This document shows, piece after piece, positions 1 through 11,825 of a stretch of 64,000 bases of DNA. Position 1 is the stretch's first letter, and the number at the start of each line of letters is the position of its first letter. The stretch comes from Vermamoeba vermiformis (taxonomy: Eukaryota), in NCBI GenBank assembly GCA_045837725.1, contig JBEWZL010000266.1, forward strand, positions 372,001-436,000, given 5' to 3'. The notes beneath the pieces were generated by a model that was not told the origin of the DNA, ran no database searches, and saw nothing but the letters and a program-made list of their open reading frames with translations. The translations under genes and the position numbers were made by a program.

Positions 1-1911
1 TAGTGAAACTGAATTAGGCCTTGGAATTCGTTCGCAAAATATTCTCAATGCTAACGCGCAGGTAAATTCATAATTTAATTTTGATTTTTTTCGATCGAGC
101 TAATTTAAGCTTTCAATCGTGTTGCGATTTGTTAGACTAAGACTCTTTGATATAGGGCGTTATATTCATTTTAAAGAACGATGAAGTCGAACGCAGCTTT
201 GCTTCTGCTAACGTTCGATTTTTGCGACTGGATTTGGCGATCCTTTTGATTTCTTTTGACGTAAGTACATATAATGAATTCAATATAGGCAATACTAAAC
301 TATTATAACTGTCGTTGATTACGATTAAATCGGCACCTGTCATTTAGACACGGGTGACAAGATTAACCCGGATCAGATGAACTAAATTTTATTAATTTAC
401 GAATTCCTATTGAATAGGACGGGCAAAGCATTAACGAAACAGTACTATCGAGCAATAATACAGTCTACGGCACCATAATCTCGGGTATGTCTGAGAATGA
501 AAGTTTATAAAAGTTGTCGCGCGAGTTTCGATCCAAATTTACACCTTAGATTCGATTCCATTAATGAATTTTGAATCAATTGCCTTAATAAGTGCATATA
601 CATTATGTAAAGCATTAAACTAAGTAATTCTATTCTTACAGACGACATTCCAGTTTTGGATGTTGGACGAACTCCCTGGCACATTGTCTTAATGACGATT
701 GGCTTAGCCTGCGACATATTAGCGTTAGTATGGACTGCAATTCAACTCAAATTCCACTATGGTTCTGATACTGCGCATATTTCAAGAACAGCCTTAATTT
801 TGCTAATTATTGGATGCTTTTGTAAGTGACGTTCATTTCTCAGAATCGCTTAAATATATCGATATTGACTCTTAGTATCTATAGCACTAATAGTAGAGCG
901 CACTTTGACGTTTGTTTACCTTTTCGGACCAACTTTTTATTTGGATCTGCTCACCGGTTTCATGGCTATGGGCATTATTTTGGTTACTTTTGCTTCAACA
1001 TTCATCGCACTATACTGGTAAGTATACTATCGTATCAATATAGTCCGTTCATTACTTAATTCTTGATTCTGAAGGAACACTTTGCTTTTCCCGCACAAAA
1101 AACGAACGCTCGAAAGCACGAAGATTTTTATTCCGCTGCTCTGCTTTTTCAGCGTAAGAATAGCATAGTATTACTACAATAAGCTAACATAATTATATTA
1201 TTAGGCCTTGGCTGTTATTTACATGGTTATGGAAGGACTTGGCATGTTGGCGTCAATTACAATTGTTGAGGGAATTTGCGTGGGCATATTAGGCGTAAGT
1301 AAATATGGTCCCATAGCTTCATATTAAGTTACTTACTATAATATGCTATCGATAGATTTTAGCGCTTTATTTCGTCATTAGTGGATTCCTTTTGTTCCGC
1401 ACGATGAAAACGTACTTTACGGCAGCTGTCAACAAGAAACAAATCGTTGAAAGAGTAAGTCCATTACAAAAATCATTAGTGCCCGACACCTTTTCGCATA
1501 ATCCCTATTATATACTCATACTCTATTCTTTCTAATTGAAATCCATGACCTCGAAGAACGGATCCGACAAATTTTTTCAGATTCATCACTGAGCTCATAG
1601 CAACATTAGTTTTTTCCTAAAGCTATTTCAGATAATAATACGCCCTTATTTTTTAGTTGAGAGTTAGTCTCGTGCTGGCGGGTATCAGCATGTTGTGCCT
1701 ACTTGTCGCCGTATTATTGGCCTCACCAGCACCCTATTTAGCCAACCAAGCGTACTACTGGCTCATTCGCGTGTTTATTAATTTGTTCGGTGCGTCGTCA
1801 GCCGCAGCACTAGCGTTCTTATTCAGAACCAGGTCCGCAAAACACCCTCGGTCATCAGCCGCTACCTCGAGTCAAAATCACTCGAAATCAACCGGTACAT
1901 CCGGCAATTAG
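1..1911 (+). CDS. PA-domain 7-transmembrane receptor-like protein, paralog 1 (5' end lies before the window; multi-exon)
   Basis: Exons match the 2889-5162 gene one for one (SETELGLGIRSQNILNANAQ; DIPVLDVGRTPWHIVLMTIGLACDILALVWT; LRVSLVLAGISMLCLLVAVLLASPAPYLANQAYYWLIRVFINLF). Intron positions are shared and the stop is TAG at 1909-1911. Confidence 0.75.
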
Positions 1912-2888
1912 CACCAGTAAATTATTTATACTATTTGTACACTAAAATCCCTCGCATCGCGTGATTTGTTTACAGATCCCAAGCCAAAAGTTGACACGTG
2001 TCACTCCGAGTGTCATACAGAATCATCGCTTCTGGTTTGCCTTTGACAGCTTCGTAGCGACAATCAAAAACATTTCACAGGCGGCGAACTGATTCGGTAA
2101 ATTTTGGCAATGCTTCAACAAAAATAGATCCGCGGACATTTCCCGCGACTGCAACCAATACCAATAACAAAAAGCGTACAACCAAATAACCGAATGAATT
2201 AAATATTGAATCAGATGAGAACGATATCCTTTTGGAAAGTTCATGAAAATTAATCAGGCGTTTGTTCCGCAGCCACTGCGGAGCCAACCGTACACTTTAC
2301 GAAAACATTGACCGAGTCTGCGAGGATTTTATTGGAATAATTCAAGAAAAGAATTTCAACTGCGAGACCTTTCAAGTTATTGCTGAGTACGCTTTCAGAA
2401 ATCGGTTTCAAATTCATTAACCAATATCTACCTAACCGCAGAGATCGTTTTATCAATTGAACTAATTTCGTATAAAATCGGAGGGTTGTTATTATAATTT
2501 ATTTGACACGCGTCTTATAAATTCACAGGTATCCCACAGAACACATCCCGCGATAATAACTTGAATTGGTATTTGATCGTAAAGAACGTCTTGTCAACAT
2601 CATTAATATATGTACGAAATTAGATCGATTTAGTCCGCGTACATTGCCGATAGTAAGTGGATGTGTTCGGAACAGATCCCGACAACACGGAACTTTGGCC
2701 TTCAGATTTCGAAACATAAGACGTAATGCATATTAAGCGTTAAATAATGCAAAATCGGACATTGTGTATTGTTCCGCTGCGCAGTACGAATGACGGGTGG
2801 GTTTTTATGTCTAAATAAAGACGTAAGGATACGGGTTCATTCCATTATTCAATTATTCTCGATGATGAGAACATAAATTCAACAAAAG

Positions 2889-5162
2889 ATGCGTCAAATA
2901 ATTCAAATATTCGTATTATTGTTATTTATTTTTGGAGCATTGGATGCAACTCTTGTAGTCGATGATGGCAATTCGCAAAAAGTTTACAGAGCTCCATTTA
3001 TATATTTTGGACAGCATCCGTTCAATATCACAGCACCACTAGTGATATTAAGTGATTATGATTCTTGTGAACAGATCGCGACAGATTTGACAGGCAAAAT
3101 TGCAATATCGCCTGCCTATCGCGATTGTCCCACAAGCGAAACTGAATTAGGACTTGGTATTCGCTCAGCCAATATTCTTCAGGCAAACGCTCAGGTAAAT
3201 ATGTCGAAAAAAGGATATAATTTAAATTATTTTTCCACCAAGACTTGTATTTTTGTTGTTCTGATTCAGAATACTAATTATTGGTGGTAAATATTTAGGC
3301 CGTAGTATTTATAATGAAGAATGATGGTATTGATAGAAGTTTTGCTTCGGCGAACGTTGGTTTCCTATCGTTAGACATTGCAATTCTCATCATAGCGTTT
3401 GAGGTAAGGATGATGCAATTTAATACACACACCTTCATTATTGGAGGCATAGCGCATGAAATCTCCTTTGTTGGATTTTTGTAGACTTTCAAACGTCAAA
3501 TCTGGACAGACAAACGTGATCCGTAGACAGATATTCAGTGAATTTCGATTATCGGGTCTTAAAATTGATTAATAACATATAAAATAGGATGGCAAAGAGA
3601 TTGCTACGACAATCAACTCAACTACTAACGAAGTAATTGGATGGGTCGTGTCTGGTAGGTAGATCTAATTTCGAAGTCAAACAGAAAACCTTTATTATTG
3701 ATGTTTATCATAACTTATGCAAACTAAATATGGTTTTGATGTCATTATTTTACTCTTTTATGTTTAAGACGAGTTGGAATGAACCTCCAGCAGCGGAGAT
3801 TTAATTTTGACTTTCAATTTCAGTTTTAAGCGCACAATCCATAAATTGCGATTACTTAATGGTACTCACCGCTATATATAGACGATATACCTGTTTTGGA
3901 CGTAGGCAGCACTCCATGGCACATTATCTTGATGACTATTGGTTTGGCATGCGACTTGTTAGCTTTAACTTGGACCATAATCCAGCTCAAAAATCACTTC
4001 TATTCATCGCAGAGCGCTGCTATTTCTAGAATAGCCTTAATTCTGTTGATTATTGGCTGCGTCGGTACGTGCGATCCGCCTCAAAGTTTTTATTCTTTTT
4101 ATATGGATTAAGTCTTCGCAAATACTAATCTAAATATACCTTACCATAGCACTGTCATTTGAGAGAATTCTTACGTTTGTTTACATCTTTGGCCACACTT
4201 TCTATTTGGATCTGCTCACCGGTTTCATGGCCATGGGAGTCATCTTGGTCACATTCGCTTCAACATTCATCGCATTATATTGGTAAGCATACTATCGTCT
4301 AAATATAGCCCTTTCATTACTTAATTCTTGATTCTGAAGGAACACTTTGCTTTTCCCGCACAAAAAGCGACAGCTCGAAAGTCGCAAAATTTTCATCCCA
4401 CTGCTTTGCTTTTTCAGCGTAAGTAATACAAATTCTGATAATAAGACTGTTCTAAATACCCTATCTATAGTCACTTGCAATCATCTATGTCATCATGCTT
4501 GGATTAGGCTTGTTGATGTCTATTACCGTTTTGCAATACATGTGCGCGTGTCTCTTGGCCGTAAGTTTGACTCATATTCATAATGTACGTTGTATATGAT
4601 GCTAAATCCATGCACAGGTATTGGCGTTGTATTTCGTGGTCAGCGGAATTATTTTGTTCAAGTCGATGAAGACGTACTTCACAGCAACTATTAACCGCAA
4701 GAAAGTCGTTAAACGAGTAAGTTAGCCTTTTATTATTATACCGTGTTCTAGTGCATATTTGAATACTCATTGTGCTTTGAAGACGCATTGAGATTACGCA
4801 AATTTCCTCGAAAGTCAGTTCCAAACGGATCTGAATTAGCACTTTTGGCCACAAACTTTTTCATCTGAATTGTCGAGAATATCATAATTAATCTCCTTTT
4901 ACAGCTTCGAGTTGGTTTGGTGCTCGCAGGTATCAGTCTCATGTGTCTTTTAGTCGCGGTAGCTCTCGCCTCTCCGGCCCCGTACTTGGCAGACCAAACC
5001 TATTACTGGCTCATACGTGTCTTTATCAACTTGTTCTCGGCAACCTCTGCAGCAGCATTAGCTTTTCTCTTCAGAACGCGTAATGATGACCCGTCCAACA
5101 AGTCGTCAAAGGGTCACTCGTCGAGCAACAATACGACTAAATCTGTAGGGCCTGTTGTGTAG
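2889..5162 (+). CDS. PA-domain 7-transmembrane receptor-like protein, paralog 2 (multi-exon)
   Basis: Signal peptide MRQIIQIFVLLLFIFGALDA, then a PA-like ectodomain (ITAPLV..DSCE..DLTGKIAI..CP..ANAQAVVFI). About seven hydrophobic helices follow across GT-AG exons, then a Ser-rich tail. Stop TAG at 5160-5162. Confidence 0.75.
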
Positions 5163-5270
5163 ACCTGTCCATGGATTTAACCACAAATGAAAATCAAACA
5201 CATAATGTAAATATAACGCTTTAATAAATTATTGTTACTGAGCCCGGGGCTCGTATCAGAGATCTGAACG

Positions 5271-6068
5271 CCTGGCTATGAAAAAGACGGGCAAGACGTA
5301 CCAGCAACTCTTCAGCTCTATCATTAAACAGCCACTTGGATTGACTGTGTCAGTGTTCCCGGGCTCTAACGCTCGTCCTTCATGTAAGTCAGAGGCGAAA
5401 AGTTGACCCCTCGCAGTACTTTGACACCCGGATCTAAGACATGCACTAATCCTTTTCGCTTTATACAGCCTCGTTAAACACTAACGTCATCGAGTACGAG
5501 AAGATTTTGCGCTCAATTTTCCTTAAGACGATCTTGCCTGCTGAAATTATTGACATGGAGCAGGATCAGACCAACTTCTCGATCACTTTGTCACCAGCCA
5601 CTGAATATAATGTTGGTTGGCATTATGGTAAGTTTTAAACCCCGACAAGGGAATTGCGTGTATAGTAATCTTACTGCTTATACAGCTTTGGGTCATTGGG
5701 TGGAGTGTCCGTATGAAAAGTGGAACCCAAGCTGCTTGACCGACATTTTCAGACGATCAAGTCCTGGTGCACTTGGCTTCTATCCTTGGATCGATCGTAA
5801 AATGAACTATTACGGCATCTTGGCAACGTACCAAAGCAAGGGAATTTTGTCAGCGTTGCAAGTCGATGCTTTCCGTGACGAGATCCACGCAGCTCTGGCG
5901 GCAGTGAGCGGAACGCCTGGTACTCAACCTACGGCATCGTCTAGCCCTAGTAGCTCCAATAGTCCGAGCAATACCAACCCCTCGCCAAAGAGTTTGGGAT
6001 CTGGATCAAGTCAAGTGTTAACAACCGTTTGGATGTCGATCGTTATGTGCTGTATCGCATTGTTGTAG
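5271..6068 (+). pseudogene. 5'-truncated copy of the beta-lactamase-family serine hydrolase (3' three exons only)
   Basis: Homology to 7410-8193 starts abruptly at KKTGKTY (~5280). The two introns and the SSPGALGFYPWIDR motif are conserved. It lacks the signal peptide and SxxK exons, although the remaining frame is open. Confidence 0.65.
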
Positions 6069-6501
6069 CTTAACTATAGTTGGTAATTCTTGTAAAAGTG
6101 TTATAAAACTTCATTCTTGTAACTTAGATCCTGCAGCTTGGCGCTACTCGTTTGACTTTTCTTTGTTGTAATAACGGACCTAGAATTATTAATGCTCATT
6201 ATTGTCACGTCTTTTTTTGTAGATTCTCGTCGCAGGCGTTGTAAGTCAATAATCTGGAGTGTCACTTCCATCCGACTGAATCCATCGTGCATCAACAGCT
6301 CAATAACGCCGAAAAAGTAATGGAAGAATCACATATGGACTATTAAAATGTCCTGTGCACAAAGAAGTGACTGCGGAATCATAGTTTTGGAAAGTGACAC
6401 TTGACGAGTCCACTTTCCAACGCAGCCGAAAAATTTAAAGATAAAAACTGAGAAATCGGAACATTTTCATTATGACACTTGAGATCAATACAACGAAAAA
6501 C

Positions 6502-8193
6502 ATGAAGATTTGCATCGCTTGTTTTGTTCTTCTTTGCTTCTACGCTGCTGGTAACGCTCAACCGTCTTCTCAAACAGTTTGGGAAGCACTGGATGCCAAA
6601 GTTGCAGCAGTCAATATTACTGACTTCTTCTTCCTTCTTGGCAACGAAGATGGAGTCTTCTATACTTATCAGAAAGGTAACGTTTTGATTCAATTAATCG
6701 GATCACGAAATTGAATTTTTGCTTCACGTCGATAGACTTCTTCGTGCAATTAAGTCTGCAATTTTAATATTTAAAGAAAAATATGTAGAATAAATCTTGC
6801 TACTTCCACTTACCGATCTGCTCCAGGAACCAAGATCACCAACACCACCTCAATGCCCGTCGCCAGTGGCTCCAAATGGGTCTCTAGCGTCGTATTCAAC
6901 ACCTTGATTATGAACGTAAGTGATTCAATATTTGATGTGATCCGATTATCGACGCTGCTTCTTACATCCATTTTTACCAGGGTACTTTGTCCTTCCTCGA
7001 CCAGCCTCAAGACTATATCGATTGGTGGACTAAGGACCCTGCTGATCCACGCTCTCGTGTAAGACGTACGTACTGAGTTAGCAAGCTAAATCCAGCCGAG
7101 GCTTCATCTAACGATCCGTGTCTAGTGCAACACTTGCTCAACTTTCAAAGTGGCTTTACTATCTCGCAAGACTGTGTGTTTGTTCAGACTATGAACTTGT
7201 AAGTACTATTCTTTCAATCAGCGTTGAAGATCCGTCGATCTGATCCGTTACTTACAGCGAGGACTGCGTCAAAATCATTTACGCGAACAGCTCCAATTTC
7301 GAGCCTGGCCAAGTATTTTACTACAGGTATGGTAAATAAGCGTTAAATTGAGCTTTTAAGACTTACGTCAATAATTTTCTCAGCGAAAATCACATGCACA
7401 TCTTGGGACTCATGGCACAGAAGAAGACGGGCATGACATACAACCAAATATTCGATGAGATCCTCAAGAAGCCACTTGGACTCACTGTATCGACTTTTCC
7501 GGGCTCCAACCCTCGTCCTTCATGTAAGTCGGTGTCCGAAAGTTGATGCTGAGCAGCACTTTGACACGTAGATCCATGCATCTCACTAACTATTTTTACC
7601 TTGAATAGCCTCGCTTAATACCAACGCCATCGAGTACGAGAAGATCTTGCGCTCTATTTTCTTGAAGACGATCTTGCCTGCCGAAGTGATTGACATGATG
7701 GATCAAGATCAGACCAACGTCACCATCGAGTTTTCTCCTGCACAAGAATACAACGTTGGTTGGCATTACGGTAAGAATCTAACACGCGTCTTGACTTACC
7801 ATATATGGCAATCTAACCGTCATGGCAGCTCTCGGTCATTGGGTGGAGTGTCCTCACGAACAGTTTGAACCGAGCTGTTTGACCGACATCTTCAGAAGAT
7901 CAAGTCCTGGCGCACTTGGCTTCTATCCTTGGATCGATCGTAAAATGAATTATTACGGCATCTTGGCAACGTACGAAAACAAGGGAATTTTGTCAGCTTT
8001 GCAAGTCGATGCTTTCCGTGACGAGATTGAAGCTGCTGTAAGAGCCGTCAGCCCTACTCCAGCTGCTGAGCCCACTAGCTCGACAAGCCCAAGCGACAGC
8101 AACACCTCTCCCAAGTCTTCAACGGCCACTGCTAGTCACGTGCCTGCATTGATTTCGTTAGCAACAGTTCTTTCAGGAATTATTCTTTTGTAA
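6502..8193 (+). CDS. Secreted, probably GPI-anchored beta-lactamase/transpeptidase-like serine hydrolase (multi-exon)
   Basis: Signal peptide MKICIACFVLLCFYAAGNA; SxxK motif (VASGSKW); HLLNFQSG; FEPGQVFYYSENH; SSPGALGFYPWIDR; Ser/Pro/Thr linker and hydrophobic C-terminus. Confidence 0.8.
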
Positions 8194-8259
8194 GAATGAT
8201 ATCCGATTTCTTTCCATAAACGTCATATTTCTACTTAACTCCGAATCTTGATCGATTAA

Positions 8260-8601
8260 ATGAATGATGGATCAAGATCAGATCCAACTCCGGGTCGGTT
8301 TTCTCCTGAGGCGACATAGATTGGTGGAGTATAGAAAGAGTATAATTTTATTTTAGCTCTCAGTCATTGGGCTTTGTCAGCGTCGCTAGGCGATGCTTTC
8401 CGTGACGAGATTGAAGCTTCTGTAAGAGCTGTGAGCAATAGTCCAGTTGCTGAGCCTAATAGCTCGACAAGACCAAGCAGTGGTAATGGTCCAAGCAATA
8501 GTAATACTTCTTCTAACCGCGTGGCTGCTGGATCAAGTCACTTGCACGCGAAGGTTTGGATGTTGTTTGTTTGGTTAGGAATCACGTTATTTTGCAAATA
8601 A
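8260..8601 (+). pseudogene. Degenerate third fragment of the beta-lactamase-family gene (3' end)
   Basis: Remnants atggatcaagatcaga, ttttctcctg, cagtcattggg and DAFRDEIEASVRAVS plus the S/P/N linker and hydrophobic tail. There are large internal deletions relative to 7697-8193. Confidence 0.7.
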
Positions 8602-8784
8602 TGCGTATAAAAGTGTCACTTATGTGCATTATTCATTTCATAGTATTATTATGTTTAAGTTTCGGTATGGTTGAATGGCCGATAAATATTTATTAATATT
8701 CCATCGTAATTACAAAAATTATTTAAATTAAACGGTGCTTTGCAACACCATTTAACACTATTATATTAACGCCTAAAATAGATC

Positions 8785-9754
8785 TTACTGTTGAAGAGCA
8801 AGGGTTAAAAATTTCTGATCGGCTTCACCCTTCTTGACCATATCTTGTAACAAAGTCTTGCCTTGTTCGCCGAGACTCTTGATCACCACCTTCATAATCT
8901 CGACGGTCGGCTTAATTTTACGCTTTCGCATATCAGTTACGAGTTCGGACATCTTTTGGGTGTCTCCTTTTTGTTGGAGCTGATCGAATACGTAGCCGAA
9001 CAGTGTTGTGCCTAATTCAGCGTCGAGTTCTGCTTGAAGCTATAGTATGAAGATATTAGTAACGCATTTGATATTAACTAGCGATGCTGGAGTGAAAATA
9101 TCTAAAAGTGCGCGTGATCCACAATATGGATGTTACCGCAAATAATTATACAATATTCGTTCGTATTATTCTACGTATTATAGTATGTAATTAATTGTAT
9201 ATAATTAAAGAATTCGAACGATATCATTACGACATAAATTATAAAAACTGGATTAGCGAAAAAATTAATTATCATCGAATGTGTCTCAGATAAAATTATA
9301 TAATAATTATAAATATTAATAATGCACGTACTCGTGACAAATCAGGCACTCGCTTGCTGGGAAGGACGCCCTTGTATTTTTCTTCGTGTCTAGCCTTGAG
9401 CATTTTTACGTGCAAGGCGTATGTTTGCATATCAAGAGCATAATCATGCTTTTTTGCATCTTCAATTAAATCCTCGACGGCTTGATAGTTTCCCTTCTCA
9501 AAATGGTCTCGCAAACGGTTGTTGAATTCGATGACTCGTGGATCTTTTGAAGTTCCGGGCAATTCCTCGTCTTCCCAGTTAGTAACTGTCCTCTTGGTGT
9601 TAAATATTTCAGCTTTGTTGGTTAAAAATACAGTGCTGGCCTTGGAAGCAGATTTGCTGTTGATGCCAAACAAGGATTTGCTTGCAGAGCTACGAGAACG
9701 GGTAAGCGCACTAGCTCTTCGTCCAACCAATGACACACAAAGCCTTTGAAGCAT
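8785..9754 (-). CDS. Probable mitochondrial PPR-like protein (2 exons)
   Basis: R/S-rich N-terminal presequence MLQRLCVSLVGRRASALTRSRSS. Two PPR-like helical pairs (FNNRLRDHFEKGNYQAVEDLIEDAKKHDYALDMQTYALHV; FGYVFDQLQQKGDTQKMSELVTDMRKRKIKPTVEIMKVV). Intron ~9040-9331. Confidence 0.6.
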
Positions 9755-10369
9755 TTTAATAATTATTGGTGTTGCACTCGTCACAGAGGAAAAAATAAAT
9801 AATCAGATCAAACACAATAGTTTTGTTGCATTAAAATCCAAACACATCAACCAAACATCACCAAAACTTCGATATTTGTATTACCAACACCTCTGCCAAC
9901 ATCCTGTATTCTCCTTGAAAATACTGAAATCGATCAAGGTTAGTTTTCTCGTGCCAACTATCCGTTACCAAGAGATGGGAATACATTTGTCAATTAAGAG
10001 TGGTAATTTATTTTAGTTATTAAGATAATTATATTATGATCACTACTACGGCATACTCTTCGCCGGCAATTTCTGAGGCTTTTTCTTTAATTTTTTTGAC
10101 ATCAAAATCTGTTTTTTTGATTTTCGCTCGACGCCAAATTCAGACTTACGTGCGCAAGCCGTTTCCTAAATTACCTAAAGTGGTGTTTAGGCACTACAAT
10201 TATCCCTTTTTTGGGTGCCCACTACGTCAGCATGACTGCTACGTCGTGCTTGAAACTTGCGTCAGCTTCTTCGGCGGAAAGTATATATTTCAATTTTTCG
10301 CACGGGGAATTAGTATAATTAAACCCGAAGAGCAACGAGAAGCAACACTTGAAACTCAATCTCGAATAA

Positions 10370-11335
10370 ATGGATTTACTTGGAGCCGTATTTGGATTTT
10401 TCAAAGGCATCTTAAGATACTTTAGTAAGTACATTATACATTTACTTTAGATCATTTGCACGATTAACCAATCCTTCCAGACTTGATCAATAGAGAAGCG
10501 ACGATCTGCCTTTTGGGGCTTGACAACGCAGGCAAGACAACGCTATTACATCTCCTTCGATATGGAACATTAAGAAGCTCCCCACCTACTCGCAAGCCTA
10601 GTAAGTCACAAGTTCACAAAGGGTAGTTGTACCTAGTCTAACGCGATCCAACAGACATGGAAGAAATGACTATGGGGCACATCAACTTTAAGGCCTGGGA
10701 CTTAGGCGGCGATATTCAAGGTACCAAAATAACTACGTTGTATAATATCGCTTAATATTTTGAAATAAGCGAGTTTTAATTGGTCTGCTTTGCTAATCCA
10801 TTTACAGGACGAACTCTTTGGGACACTTATTATCCTATTGTTGATGGCATCGTATATTTGATCGACTCCTCAACACCTGAGCGATTTGCAGAGTCTAAGA
10901 CAGTATTTAGTGTAAGTCTTCGTACTTCATCAGCGCTCGATCTAGGATCTCAACAGCAAAATCAAGCTGCTTCATGATCCTTCTTGAAGTATTCTAAGTA
11001 AATACTGATATATTGTCCGCGAGCAGAGATTGATAACTGCTAATGCAATCAAAGACGTGCCGATTCTCGTGCTTGGCAACAAGATAGATCAGCCAACAGC
11101 AGTGCGCGAAGAAGACATTCGACAGTACTTTGGCATTCCTTCGACGACATTCAGCCATGATGTGCGACCTATTGAGCTTCAGATGTGCAGCTTGGTGAGA
11201 AAACAAGGCTATGGCGAAGGTACGTTACACGCGATCCAAGATCGATCTTATCGGCTCGTCTAATTCGATTTTGTTATAGGATTTATGTGGCTTAGCAAGC
11301 AGATTGCAGATAGAGATAAGAAAGATGAGAAGTAA
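10370..11335 (+). CDS. SAR1: Sar1-family small GTPase, divergent (multi-exon)
   Basis: Amphipathic N-terminus [69 protein letters not shown], which is Sar1-specific. Confidence 0.85.
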
Positions 11336-11825
11336 GAGTGAGGAGAGCTCACAAACCCTATTTATTTTGCGGCCATAATAAATTGTAAGTTTACCAAATC
11401 CGTCGACTAAGACATACAGCACCCCCTCTGGTCTTCTTTAGTATAGTGTCGTCTACAACAATGATATCACGGATAAGCCCTCGAATGATTTCGAAGTAAG
11501 TAGTTGAGATTTTTTATTGTTCCTCTACACGTGTACTGAAAAATTAGCTAGTTCAGCGCCGTAAAATTTCTCGAGCTAAATTATAGCCTAAACGAGGTAA
11601 GTGCATTTATTTCTAAGATCTTTAGTGTACTGGCCTTAACTTTTCTTCCGCAAAAATCCTTCGGAAAATGGACTGATAATTTTTTTTTTGCCTCGCGCGT
11701 ACTGTAACAGTTGAACAGTACGCAAAGCAGTACACAGACCCTAATTTCGAAAATATATATTTGCTTATAATTAATTTAATTTATTTGCAAAATTAGTGGC
11801 GTAATTTCTGCGTGATCAACTGAAA

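Noticed and set aside
2023-2717. Short minus-strand ORFs between the 7TM paralogs
   Set aside because: They have no recognisable motifs or consistent splice structure, so I treated the region as intergenic.
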